DNA from: a virus
Lineage: Duplodnaviria > Caudoviricetes
Reading direction: 5' to 3' (one strand)
DNA length: 24,668 bases
Virus record (IMG/VR): IMGVR_UViG_3300017914_002937
Location: 1-24,668 of that record
Both the position numbers and the translations under genes were made by a program. The notes under the pieces are model-generated. The model was not told where the DNA came from and did no database searches. It saw only the letters and a list, made by a program, of their open reading frames with translations. This document shows positions 18,001-24,668 of the stretch, piece after piece; within the stretch, counting starts at the first letter, position 1, and each line of letters starts with the position of its first letter.

Positions 18001-19357
18001 AAACTTTAATATTCAAGCAAGTGGCGGTGCGAGTACAAATATTTCTGCAGGCCAAACTATAAACTTCACAGGAAGTGGTGCTACTAGCGTAAGTCGTAGT
18101 GGTAATACAATTACTTTTACTTCGACAGATACAAATACTGATACAAACTATTTTTTAAACGGAATTAGTAAAAGCGGTAATACTCTTACATTCAGTGTAA
18201 GCGGAGCAACTAATCAAAGTTATACGTTTGGCTCAAACGCATTTACAAGCACTACTATTCCTACAAATAATAATCAACTTATTAACGGAGCGGGGTATAC
18301 TACAAATATAGGGGATATTACTGCAGTTACTGCAGGAAATGGTCTTACTGGTGGAGCAAGTAGTGGTGCCGCAACTCTTAACGTCGGAGCAGGTGATGGT
18401 ATTTCTGTAGCAGCAAATGCAGTTGCAGTTGACTCTACAGTACTTCGAGCAGGCACAGGTAGTCTTATAAATGATATTATTAATGCGAATGTAATTACTG
18501 CGGATATGATTCAAGCAAACTCAATTGTTGCCACTCTCATAGATGCAGATACAATTAGTGCAAATAATATTACTACAGGTACTCTTGATGCTACAAATGT
18601 TACAATTAGTAATTTAACTGCAAATAATATCACCGGTGATGTATCAGAGCATTTTAACTCGTTTTTTGAGACCCCACTAAACAAAAGGTACGCTTTTACA
18701 GGAGGAAGTAATGCAATTACAACCACCTCCTTCTCTGTACCAGCACCAAACGGAGGAGTATCAAAACGTTTGTATATTAATGGCTGGCTTGGTATTTCAA
18801 AATCTTCAAACGATCAAAGAGTTATAGTATTTGTGGAACAAAAAGGCTTTACAGTATCTTCTATAAATTTAGGTCAATTATTGGGAGCTTCGGGCGATTC
18901 CCCAGAAGATAATATTAGAGAGCTAACTTACACTGGAGACGTGCTTGGACAGGGAGCCTTTCCAGGAGGTCAAATTAGTGCAGACGCTACATTTGATCAA
19001 GACGGTAACAATGTAGATGTTTGGGGGTATAATTATGACTCTTCTAATAATAGAACAACAATTTGGGTAGATGGTACTAGCGACGCAGAGTTTCGTCCAA
19101 CTACAAGCAATGATCCTCATTACTGGCACGCAGGACCTCAATCAGCCAGCACTTGGGTAAGAGTCGGAGAAACAATTGGAATAGGAGATTTTAGTACTTC
19201 AAGCCTTGACCCTTACATTGTTGTTCCAATTAGTTTTGTACTTCCTGCACAAACTACCTCAGGACAGATAAGAGTAGGAGTTGTACTAGCCCCTGGAGAA
19301 ACTACTTCAGGCTACGCAATTCGAGGATGGAACTGTAACTTTGGTTGGTTGAGATAA
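12086..19357 (+). CDS. Tip attachment / central fibre protein, lambda gpJ-like, greatly extended
   Basis: CEGPVKGL, YPYTSL, WDGTFK..YTDNPAW, DKYALYRIARYCDELV..EPRF and AFGCTSEAQAIRYGRW motifs, FN3-like domains, then fibre repeats and a C-terminal putative receptor-binding domain. Confidence 0.93.
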   Translation: MVAKKGESSQNISRTDILCEGPVKGLKHGAASIFLNDVASDDSTLRAYEPVQTATSGRITFNGSSATNTGITGASLPTNLRNDGRVPRKVTLIDYKTTNVTLSSVSESGGNTTLTCTASSGTPFTDTSWNTTTATATRKAFLKRDGVEIAGVFEKTSSSAGTFFFWGVSDVIDTAETHTLQVSYSFFLDEINSSSSLTLLTTPASGTYYFRIEAQQQGNNRNSFRKKIDGIQAQFRPGGRYQNPLDEIGGVGGSVAGTQSVNHELKVIGTGEISGISPVSEILPTGTTMESGLPDDSQNDVASAATVLADTAFGITAAQRPEVDEISIRITYPGGLQSMNNNKGRRDPAYARYLIQIQTTLNGISSDWENAFPDAGAYVEHTGRTNAAYSFDHVLGVNQYRPFDSFKIRIIRLTRHIGLRVNEKGHGDGVTDKEKWTLIAKSKVDQLGFVIKDRLSYPYTSLVSTSFSSKQYQEPPKMSYLMQGLLVKVPSTYTPREYSGDGIAKYEEFWDGTFKTELQYTDNPAWVFYDIVTNNRYGAGKWIRESDIDKYALYRIARYCDELVDNGAGGTEPRFRANVFLTKATDVYKVLKDFASIFTGMLYWMDSSLVAVQDSPADPVYNFTKGNVIEGKFSYESTGLKTRPNQIVVTWNDPESNYEPVPIIIEDREAIVRDRRILKEDATAFGCTSEAQAIRYGRWKLWTAQKQTEIISFRSALNSLYIKPGDIVNVQDADREGVQYSGRVASATNTSVVLDRSVTLNSGSTYTLSTLVTESAAFYVGEDDVTVNSITYSRGDRIPQAYVYSSGSYSLIDLNTEARASNAFEDSSGSNLLPIVWKEYSFVQEDAVTTSASTTNTLDVTSFGTTPSASTIWSLKEVADSLNVTGSYKQYKVLSITQDKPNEYAFSAVEHYNEKYGAVDNGYATSDIPTTIYVEAEPRDGETEMAAPTSPRVILESDPDKPGEEIKVEWQASTSDFVESYEVLHNIPDIENPLRTSQTFLRITGITSDRLTFEVRAVSTGGNYSPYAKVSYTFLDPYEDAIPRVAQGIPSGGFSSAQLIVTALNTLQFQATNTQVSTPSDPETIYTLTGSTNVANISADEDYLVYLDTSVPALKILYYDTESLSSSFYYDVGSGNTPLSSSWTSIGSVSVSANSNTVTGSGFLTNVIIGDVLNLAGTTSPTDLADGAVVIDVVSDTELRIDKIFDTAKSSVTAYRANFRPGYLDDTIIGKLRKTESTVKLTSLLTLRTIVDGITLSTGDDGTTEVPDGAITVDKLAANSITADKIQANAITAREIDADSINANHIVAGEITADAIAANAITADKVTANSVVATLLTASAVTATEISTTNLSSISANIGDITAGTLKGGNIPDANAAPGTGESGAFLNLTGGKMVFGNESKYVLFDGTNLELNGVVIDATSTVNATATPELIVKEDSTTEVSDASALNFTSGLNVAVSGTEATISIDTPTDNNFTNALLSKLNGIESAATGDQTAAEIRSLVESASDSNVFTDADHTKLNNIEAGATGDQTAAEIRALVASASDSNVFTDADHSKLDGIESGATADQSAAEIRALVESASNSNVFTDADHTKLNGIAAGANAYVLPTNNVTNASVSGSTLTLTREGAGNVTFTDTNTQYSAGSGLGLSGTTFSVDSTVVRTTGTQSIAGNKTFTGDVTFNGTTTYINTTTLNVGDNIITLNADFTGSNPTESAGIEVERGTQTNKTFIWKESSDRWSFGSESVEAGTFFGSFIGSVTGSPSSLAGLSTDDLAEGSTNLYFTNTRARGALSGGTGISYNNTTGAITNSAPDQTVTLTGGGATSISGTYPNFTISSTDTNTVPNNATITISAGTDLSTGGDFTTDQDFAETITINHANITRTNNTSSVSPGYGASFTAIDSITTNTRGHVTAVNTKTITIPASDNTDTNTVTQIREDSGTYRTGNITLQSGTNVSITESSAGVFNFAATDTNTTNFNIQASGGASTNISAGQTINFTGSGATSVSRSGNTITFTSTDTNTDTNYFLNGISKSGNTLTFSVSGATNQSYTFGSNAFTSTTIPTNNNQLINGAGYTTNIGDITAVTAGNGLTGGASSGAATLNVGAGDGISVAANAVAVDSTVLRAGTGSLINDIINANVITADMIQANSIVATLIDADTISANNITTGTLDATNVTISNLTANNITGDVSEHFNSFFETPLNKRYAFTGGSNAITTTSFSVPAPNGGVSKRLYINGWLGISKSSNDQRVIVFVEQKGFTVSSINLGQLLGASGDSPEDNIRELTYTGDVLGQGAFPGGQISADATFDQDGNNVDVWGYNYDSSNNRTTIWVDGTSDAEFRPTTSNDPHYWHAGPQSASTWVRVGETIGIGDFSTSSLDPYIVVPISFVLPAQTTSGQIRVGVVLAPGETTSGYAIRGWNCNFGWLR
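15887..16177 (+). repeat. 10-aa periodic repeat (xxITAxxIxA) within gpJ, probably beta-helical
   Basis: DGAITVDKLA ANSITADKIQ ANAITAREID ADSINANHIV AGEITADAIA ANAITADKVT... Confidence 0.85.
16526..16888 (+). repeat. 111-nt (37-aa) tandem repeat, three full copies plus a partial fourth, within gpJ
   Basis: Units start at 16526, 16637, 16748 and 16859: KLxxIExxATxDQxAAEIRxLVxSASxSNVFTDADHx. Confidence 0.95.
18473..18640 (+). repeat. Second block of the 10-aa ITAD-type repeat within gpJ
   Basis: DIINANVITADMIQANSIVATLIDADTISANNITTGTL...NLTANNITGD; ANSIVATL echoes ANSVVATL in block 1. Confidence 0.8.
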
Positions 19358-19384
19358 TAAAAAATATTTGTATGATAATACCTC

Positions 19385-19426
19385 CAAAAAATAATCCTTG
19401 ACATAGTATGTCCTCTAGGCTATAAT
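19385..19426 (+). promoter_or_regulatory. Consensus sigma70 promoter with A-tract UP element, upstream of the side-fibre module
   Basis: TTGACA 19398-19403, 17-nt spacer, TATAAT 19421-19426, preceded by CAAAAAATAATCC; AGGAG at 19435-19439. Confidence 0.92.
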
Positions 19427-19445
19427 TCCACAATAGGAGAAATAA

Positions 19446-19787
19446 ATGGCAGCAGCAACTTATAATCTAGTTATTGACCAAGGATCAGACTTTACTCTTG
19501 ACTTAGTCGTAAAGGAATCAGGTTCAGTTAAGAATCTTACTGGCTATTCTGCTAGAGCGCAGTTGCGCACCAAAAAAGATGCTTCTGGTGATGCTGCTGC
19601 CAGCTTTACTTGTACCGTTACAGACGCTACTGCGGGAGCTATTCGTATGGAGCTTCCAAATGCTACATCTACTGGAATTTCTGCAGGGCGTTATTACTAC
19701 GATCTTGAGATTCACACAGGCTCAGATGCTGTTGTTAAACGCCTTATACAGGGAGAGGTTACACTTAACCAAGAAGTTACAAGATAA
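19446..19787 (+). CDS. Small beta-sandwich virion protein, probable collar or side-fibre anchor (T5 p132 / BppU-N-like)
   Basis: YNLVIDQGSDF, NLTGYSARAQLR and GRYYYDLEI..KRLIQGEV motifs; lies between central fibre and side fibres, as p132 does in T5. Confidence 0.7.
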   Translation: MAAATYNLVIDQGSDFTLDLVVKESGSVKNLTGYSARAQLRTKKDASGDAAASFTCTVTDATAGAIRMELPNATSTGISAGRYYYDLEIHTGSDAVVKRLIQGEVTLNQEVTR

Positions 19788-20197
19788 TGTCCGTCGTATT
19801 AACTACAGTAGATGTATCAGAAGATGTAACTGAAGTTTCTGTGACGGAGACCGGAAAAGTCGAAGTCTCAATAAATGAAGATATAACTACAATAGAAATT
19901 AATAACTTTGCTATACCAAGTACTACTTCTGATGCTTCTGGAGTTTCTTTCAACCCTCACGGAACAGTAACAGCAACAAATCTGCAAGAAGCTGTAGAAC
20001 AGTTAGCAGACCAAGACTTTAGAACAACAGACACTCCAACTGGCTCAAACATTGAAGAAGGAGACACTTGGTACGACACAGATGATAATCAACTAAAAGT
20101 ATACCGCGAAACTAGTTCAGGAGTATTTGAGTGGGTTCCTATAATGGTAGGAAATATCTCAGAAGATTCAGACACGCTAGACGCAGGAGCCTTTTAA
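19787..20197 (+). CDS. Acidic fibre adaptor-like structural protein ending in LDAGAF
   Basis: V/E/T-rich N-terminus, ATNLQEAVEQLA coiled motif, EGDTWYDTDDNQLKVY...W fibre module; TAATG coupling to the upstream gene. Confidence 0.6.
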   Translation: MSVVLTTVDVSEDVTEVSVTETGKVEVSINEDITTIEINNFAIPSTTSDASGVSFNPHGTVTATNLQEAVEQLADQDFRTTDTPTGSNIEEGDTWYDTDDNQLKVYRETSSGVFEWVPIMVGNISEDSDTLDAGAF

Positions 20198-20216
20198 AGG
20201 CAACCGGAGTTTTTAA

Positions 20217-22235
20217 ATGGCTCAGACTATTAAAATTAAACGCAGTACAACCACTGCAACCCCCAGTACCCTTTCGGCAGGTGAATTAGCATATTCAGAG
20301 GATAGTCGTAAACTATTTATCGGTCGTCCAAATGATGGAGCCGTTATTGATATTGCTGGTGAGCTTTATACAGATATGCTCGACCATACCGCTGGTACTC
20401 TTACCGCATCAAGCGCAATTGTAGTAGACTCAAATAGTAAGATTGATCAGCTTCTTGTTGACAATATTACTCTTGATGGTAATGCTGTTACGACCTCCAG
20501 TGGAAATTTACAGCTTAATCCTACTGCAAACCTTGATATTGATGCAGGTACTATTGACCTCAGCACTCAAGCAACAGAATTTAAGTTAATTGATAACTCA
20601 AGCACTGCAGTTACTTTTGCTACTGCTGACCATACTTATATTACTCTAGATTCTACAAACTCTTCGGAGAAAGTAACTTTTGGAAGAACAGTAAATCTAG
20701 CAGGCAACGAGCTTATACTAGATGCGGATGGTGATACCAGTATTACTGCGGACACTGATGATCGCATTGATTTTAAGTTTTCAAATAACGATAACTTATT
20801 CATAACAGCCTCTACAGTTGCTCCTAGTAATGATGGGGGTATTGACCTTGGTACCAGCACAAACGCATTTGGTCAGGCATTTATCGACAATTTGCACATC
20901 GACGGAAATGATATATCTTCTACAGATACTGATGGAAATATTACTCTTACTCCAAATGGTGATGGTCAAGTAGTTCTCGATGGATTTGCTTTTCCAACAA
21001 ACGGCTCTGGTTCAGATGGACAATTCTTGCGTCAAAACTCCGCAGGAGACTTAGAGTTTGCAACTGTAGTTTCTACTCTTACTCTTTCCGCAGACAGCGG
21101 CACAGATGATACTATAAATACTGGCGAAACTCTTACCTTTACAGGCGGAGAAGGTATTGATACTACTGTATCAGATAACACAATTACAATTGCTGCGGAA
21201 GACTCTTCTGCTTCAAATAAAGGTGTTGTTATTGTTGCCCCAGGAGAAGGTATTGATGTAAGTTACTCTTCGGGAACGGCTACAGTATCGGGCGAAGATG
21301 CAACTTCCTCAAATAAAGGTATTGCAAGTTTTGACTCTACGGACTTCACAGTTACAAGCGGTAATGTTGTAGCAAATGCAATTACTCTTGGTAGCTCAAG
21401 TCTTAATCTTGGAGAAACAACTACAGCAATTGCGGGTCTAACTACTCTTACTGTAGATAATATTCGAATAAACGGCAATGAAATCTCTAGTGAGAATACA
21501 AACGGAGATATTTCACTTAATCCAAACGGCACCGGTGAAATTGATGCAAACAATGCTGTAATCAAGAATCTTGCTACTCCTACTTCAGCGAACCATGCAG
21601 CTACAAAAGGCTATGTTGACGGCGTAAAACAAGCACTAGATATTAAAGATTCTGTACGAGTTGCAACAACTGCAAATATTACAATTTCGACTGACCTGAA
21701 TGTAGGTGATACAATTGATGGCGTTACTCTTGCAGATGGCGACCGTGTACTTGTAAAAGACCAAAGTACTGCTAGCGAAAATGGTATTTATGTAGCAGGG
21801 TCTTCTCCTGTTCGTTCTGCGGATGCAAATACTTCTGCAGAAGTAACTTCCGGAATGTTCTGCTTTGTTGAAGAAGGTACTGTAAACGGCGACAATGGTT
21901 TTGTAATTACAACAAACGACCCAATCACTCTCGATACAACCAACCTAACTTTCGTACAGTTCTCAGGCGCCGGTCAAATTATTGCAGGCGATGCTCTTAG
22001 CAAGTCCGGCAATACCCTTAATGTAAATGACGACAATATTACTCTTGAAGTAAATTCAGATAATTTACGAATCAAGGGAATTACAGCAACCGCTATCGGT
22101 GACCTCTTAATCGGTGCAGCCACAAATGGCGGCTACAGCCGACTCGTGAAGCCTTCTTCAGACGATGCGCTTCTTACAATGGGCACAGCAGGCACGGCCT
22201 CTTGGACAACTACACTCGACGGCGGCACATTCTAA
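20217..22235 (+). CDS. Tail fibre protein 1 with Mtd_N-like N-terminus, ending in LDGGTF
   Basis: MAQTIKIKRS..TP..L..GELA; three DNxxxxGN repeats (20457, 20883, 21453); two EDxxxSNKG repeats; AATKGYVD...SVRVATTANI...DGDRVLVKDQ..ENGIY fibre domain. Confidence 0.8.
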   Translation: MAQTIKIKRSTTTATPSTLSAGELAYSEDSRKLFIGRPNDGAVIDIAGELYTDMLDHTAGTLTASSAIVVDSNSKIDQLLVDNITLDGNAVTTSSGNLQLNPTANLDIDAGTIDLSTQATEFKLIDNSSTAVTFATADHTYITLDSTNSSEKVTFGRTVNLAGNELILDADGDTSITADTDDRIDFKFSNNDNLFITASTVAPSNDGGIDLGTSTNAFGQAFIDNLHIDGNDISSTDTDGNITLTPNGDGQVVLDGFAFPTNGSGSDGQFLRQNSAGDLEFATVVSTLTLSADSGTDDTINTGETLTFTGGEGIDTTVSDNTITIAAEDSSASNKGVVIVAPGEGIDVSYSSGTATVSGEDATSSNKGIASFDSTDFTVTSGNVVANAITLGSSSLNLGETTTAIAGLTTLTVDNIRINGNEISSENTNGDISLNPNGTGEIDANNAVIKNLATPTSANHAATKGYVDGVKQALDIKDSVRVATTANITISTDLNVGDTIDGVTLADGDRVLVKDQSTASENGIYVAGSSPVRSADANTSAEVTSGMFCFVEEGTVNGDNGFVITTNDPITLDTTNLTFVQFSGAGQIIAGDALSKSGNTLNVNDDNITLEVNSDNLRIKGITATAIGDLLIGAATNGGYSRLVKPSSDDALLTMGTAGTASWTTTLDGGTF

Positions 22236-22279
22236 AAATACACCTCTCGCGTAAATACGCATAGTACTGGAGGAGCCAC

Positions 22280-24668
22280 ATGGCACAAACGATTAAACTG
22301 AAGCGCTCGGCTACGTCGGGCGCTACGCCTACCACATCACAACTTGAACTCGGCGAAGTAGCTATCAATACCTATGATGGCAAAATGTACATCAAAAAAG
22401 ATGTAGGTGGAACAGAAAGCATTGTAGAGATTACAGGAGGCTCTGGCGGATCTTCTACTCTCAGTGGGCTTTCTGACGTCACTATTTCGAGTGCGGCGGC
22501 AGACCAACTTCTTCAGTACAACGGCTCCGAATGGGTAAACGTTTCAATCGCAGAAGCGTCAGCAATCATGAAGGAGTACCAGTTTACTGCAACTGCAGGG
22601 CAGAGTACTTTTAGTGGTTCAGACGACAACAGCGAAACTCTTTCTTACACTGCGGGCGCAATTCAAGTATTTCTTAATGGTATCTTTCTCGACTCCGCAG
22701 TAGACTATACAGCTACAAACGGCACTTCAATTGTACTCTCTGAAACTGTAGATGCAAACGACTATCTACAAGTTGTCGCATTTAAAAAGAAAATTGGCGA
22801 TGGGAATGTAAGCGTAGACACGTTTACAGGCGACGACTCAACTACTGCATTTACTCTTTCTGTAGACCCCGGTGACGAAAACAATACACGCGTATTTATT
22901 GATGGTGTTTATCAGTCAAAAGACAACTACTCTGTAAGCGGCACAACTCTTACATTTTCTACTGCTCCTCCTACTGACACTGCGATTGAGGTCGAGATTG
23001 GAAATCGTGTTGTAACTCTTGATACTCTCAGCGATCTTGACCTTCCTGACGATGTAAAGCTGCGACTTGGCACGGGCCAGGACTTGCAGATTTATCATGA
23101 TGGTTCTCATAGTTATATTAATGACACTGGTACTGGCGATTTAATAATCAAAGGCGGTAACGATATTCTTTTCCAAGACGCTGTTGGCAATACATTGGCT
23201 AACATGAATCAGTCGAATAGTGTTGAGCTTTATTTTGGAAATAGTAAAAAGTTTGAAACTACTTCTACTGGTGTAGACGTAACCGGCACCGCAGCAGCAG
23301 ATGCACTAAGTGTAGATAGTATCACAATAGACGGCACAGAAATTGACTCTTCAAGCTCTCTAATGCTAGATATTGCGGGCAATTTAACAGTTAATGTAGA
23401 CGGTACAACCGTGACTCTTGCTGACGACGCTATAAACTTTGGTCAGTTCTATAACAATGCTTCTGGTCAGTTTAATATTTATGCTCCTACTCAAGATAAA
23501 GACATTGTATTTTTAGGAAATGACGGTGGTAGTACCGTTACTGCACTTACTCTTGATATGTCAGATGGGGGAACAGCTATTTTAGCTTCTCACCTTGACA
23601 TGGGCGACAATCAAAAAATTAGGCTCGGTGCTAGTGATGATTTACAGTTATTTCACGATGGATCTAACTCATATATTCAAAATGGTACTACAGGAAATAT
23701 AAATATTACAAACACCGCTGGAGGAGAGTTCGTTCTTGTTGGTGTTGCAAATGGAGGAACTTTCTTATATCACGACGGTACTTCAAAATTTCAAACTACT
23801 TCCACGGGTGTAACTGTAACTGGCACCGTTACGTCTGATGCTTATAATGTAAGTTCTGGAGGTATTGGAACTGGTTATCAATTAAATGGCGGCACTGTCT
23901 TAAATTATTCCGGAGGAAATGTAGTCGTTGGAGATTTAGGGGCAGGAGTAGTCCTTGAATACAGCGGTTCAACTAAACTCGCCACAACCTCTACAGGCGT
24001 TGACGTAACTGGAAGCGTAACATCAGACTCTCTAGTAATTAGCGGAACCAATGCAAATTTAACTCTTGGAACATCAGGAAACAATATAGATTTTGGTAGA
24101 AACGCAGATAACTATATTAGCGCTCAAACAGGTTCGACTTCAAATATTGTTATAGATCCTCAGAATCGTTTTGTAGTAAGAACTGCAGATACGGAGCGTA
24201 TGCGTATCGACTCGAGCGGTCGTGTAGGTATTGGTACTACTAGTCCAAGTGTCAGGCTAGATACAAGACTAGGAACAACAACAGGAAAAGTTGCTGAGTT
24301 TCATAATAGTGTAGGGTATGGACTTGGATTTACCGTGGAAAGTGATGGCGGTGTCAACACTATTAATTCCGAAAGCAACCAAGCACTAGCCTTTGCAACA
24401 AACGGCGCATCAAACGAACGTATGCGTATCGGTTCTGACGGAAATGTTGCTATTGGTACCACATCTACAAGCGCAATCAGATTAAATTCTGTAACACCTA
24501 CAGCAAATCATATTGCGGCTCAAATAGAAAACACCAATACAGCAGATAGTTTTGGCCTTGTTGTGAAGGGCGGAAACGACGCTAACGATTATGCCGCTGA
24601 CTTCAGAAAGCGCGATAACACAAACATTATGCGGATTCGAGGTGACGGCAACGTAGGTATCGGCACTA
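22280..24668 (+). CDS. Tail fibre protein 2 with Mtd_N-like N-terminus; partial, >796 aa, runs off the window and is absent from the ORF track
   Basis: GGAGGAG SD before ATG 22280. Manual translation finds no stop: MAQTIKLKRSATSGATPTTSQLELGEVAINTYDGKMY..., three TTSTGVxVTG repeats, three (E)RMRI...GxVxIGT repeats. Confidence 0.9.
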   Translation, partial: MAQTIKLKRSATSGATPTTSQLELGEVAINTYDGKMYIKKDVGGTESIVEITGGSGGSSTLSGLSDVTISSAAADQLLQYNGSEWVNVSIAEASAIMKEYQFTATAGQSTFSGSDDNSETLSYTAGAIQVFLNGIFLDSAVDYTATNGTSIVLSETVDANDYLQVVAFKKKIGDGNVSVDTFTGDDSTTAFTLSVDPGDENNTRVFIDGVYQSKDNYSVSGTTLTFSTAPPTDTAIEVEIGNRVVTLDTLSDLDLPDDVKLRLGTGQDLQIYHDGSHSYINDTGTGDLIIKGGNDILFQDAVGNTLANMNQSNSVELYFGNSKKFETTSTGVDVTGTAAADALSVDSITIDGTEIDSSSSLMLDIAGNLTVNVDGTTVTLADDAINFGQFYNNASGQFNIYAPTQDKDIVFLGNDGGSTVTALTLDMSDGGTAILASHLDMGDNQKIRLGASDDLQLFHDGSNSYIQNGTTGNINITNTAGGEFVLVGVANGGTFLYHDGTSKFQTTSTGVTVTGTVTSDAYNVSSGGIGTGYQLNGGTVLNYSGGNVVVGDLGAGVVLEYSGSTKLATTSTGVDVTGSVTSDSLVISGTNANLTLGTSGNNIDFGRNADNYISAQTGSTSNIVIDPQNRFVVRTADTERMRIDSSGRVGIGTTSPSVRLDTRLGTTTGKVAEFHNSVGYGLGFTVESDGGVNTINSESNQALAFATNGASNERMRIGSDGNVAIGTTSTSAIRLNSVTPTANHIAAQIENTNTADSFGLVVKGGNDANDYAADFRKRDNTNIMRIRGDGNVGIGT

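Noticed and set aside
19579-19833. 84-aa Leu-rich + strand ORF in an alternative frame
   Set aside because: It overlaps two coupled structural genes and has no clear SD or lipobox Cys; the hydrophobicity is a frame artefact of T-ending codons.
20189-20201. GCCTT-TTA-AAGGC hairpin over the adaptor stop codon
   Set aside because: Only 5 bp with a 3-nt loop and no U-tail; too weak to call, though it may relate to the other leader hairpins.
21-23110. The many minus-strand ORFs of 60-155 aa in the track
   Set aside because: All overlap well-supported + strand genes in antisense, show no recognisable motifs, and are expected shadows of codon bias and repeats.
20217-24668. Diversity-generating retroelement suggested by Mtd_N-like domains
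   Set aside because: No reverse transcriptase and no template/variable repeat pair differing at adenines is visible in the window; it cannot be excluded downstream.

Overview
The window is the virion-morphogenesis region of a tailed dsDNA phage of the siphovirus type, with all real genes on the + strand. The first half follows phage T5 in gene order and sequence motifs: HK97-fold major capsid protein with a long scaffolding delta-domain, head completion, tail completion, tail terminator, pb6-like tail tube, two tail assembly chaperones joined by a clear -1 frameshift site, and a tape measure protein with a pb2-like N-terminus. The tail tip is lambda-like instead (gpM, gpL, gpK, gpI and a 2423-aa gpJ), and the switch appears to fall inside the tape measure gene. 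A side-fibre module follows under its own promoter: collar-like protein, small adaptor, 672-aa fibre, and a >796-aa fibre that runs off the window and is missing from the ORF track. Regulatory signals are two intrinsic terminators, two near-identical perfect sigma70 promoters, and small AAAN-loop hairpins ahead of three structural genes. The most interesting hypothesis is a daisy-chained fibre, in which C-terminal LD(A/G)GxF peptides dock into the Mtd_N-like N-terminal domain of the next gene product. All family calls come from motif recognition and synteny; no database search was run.
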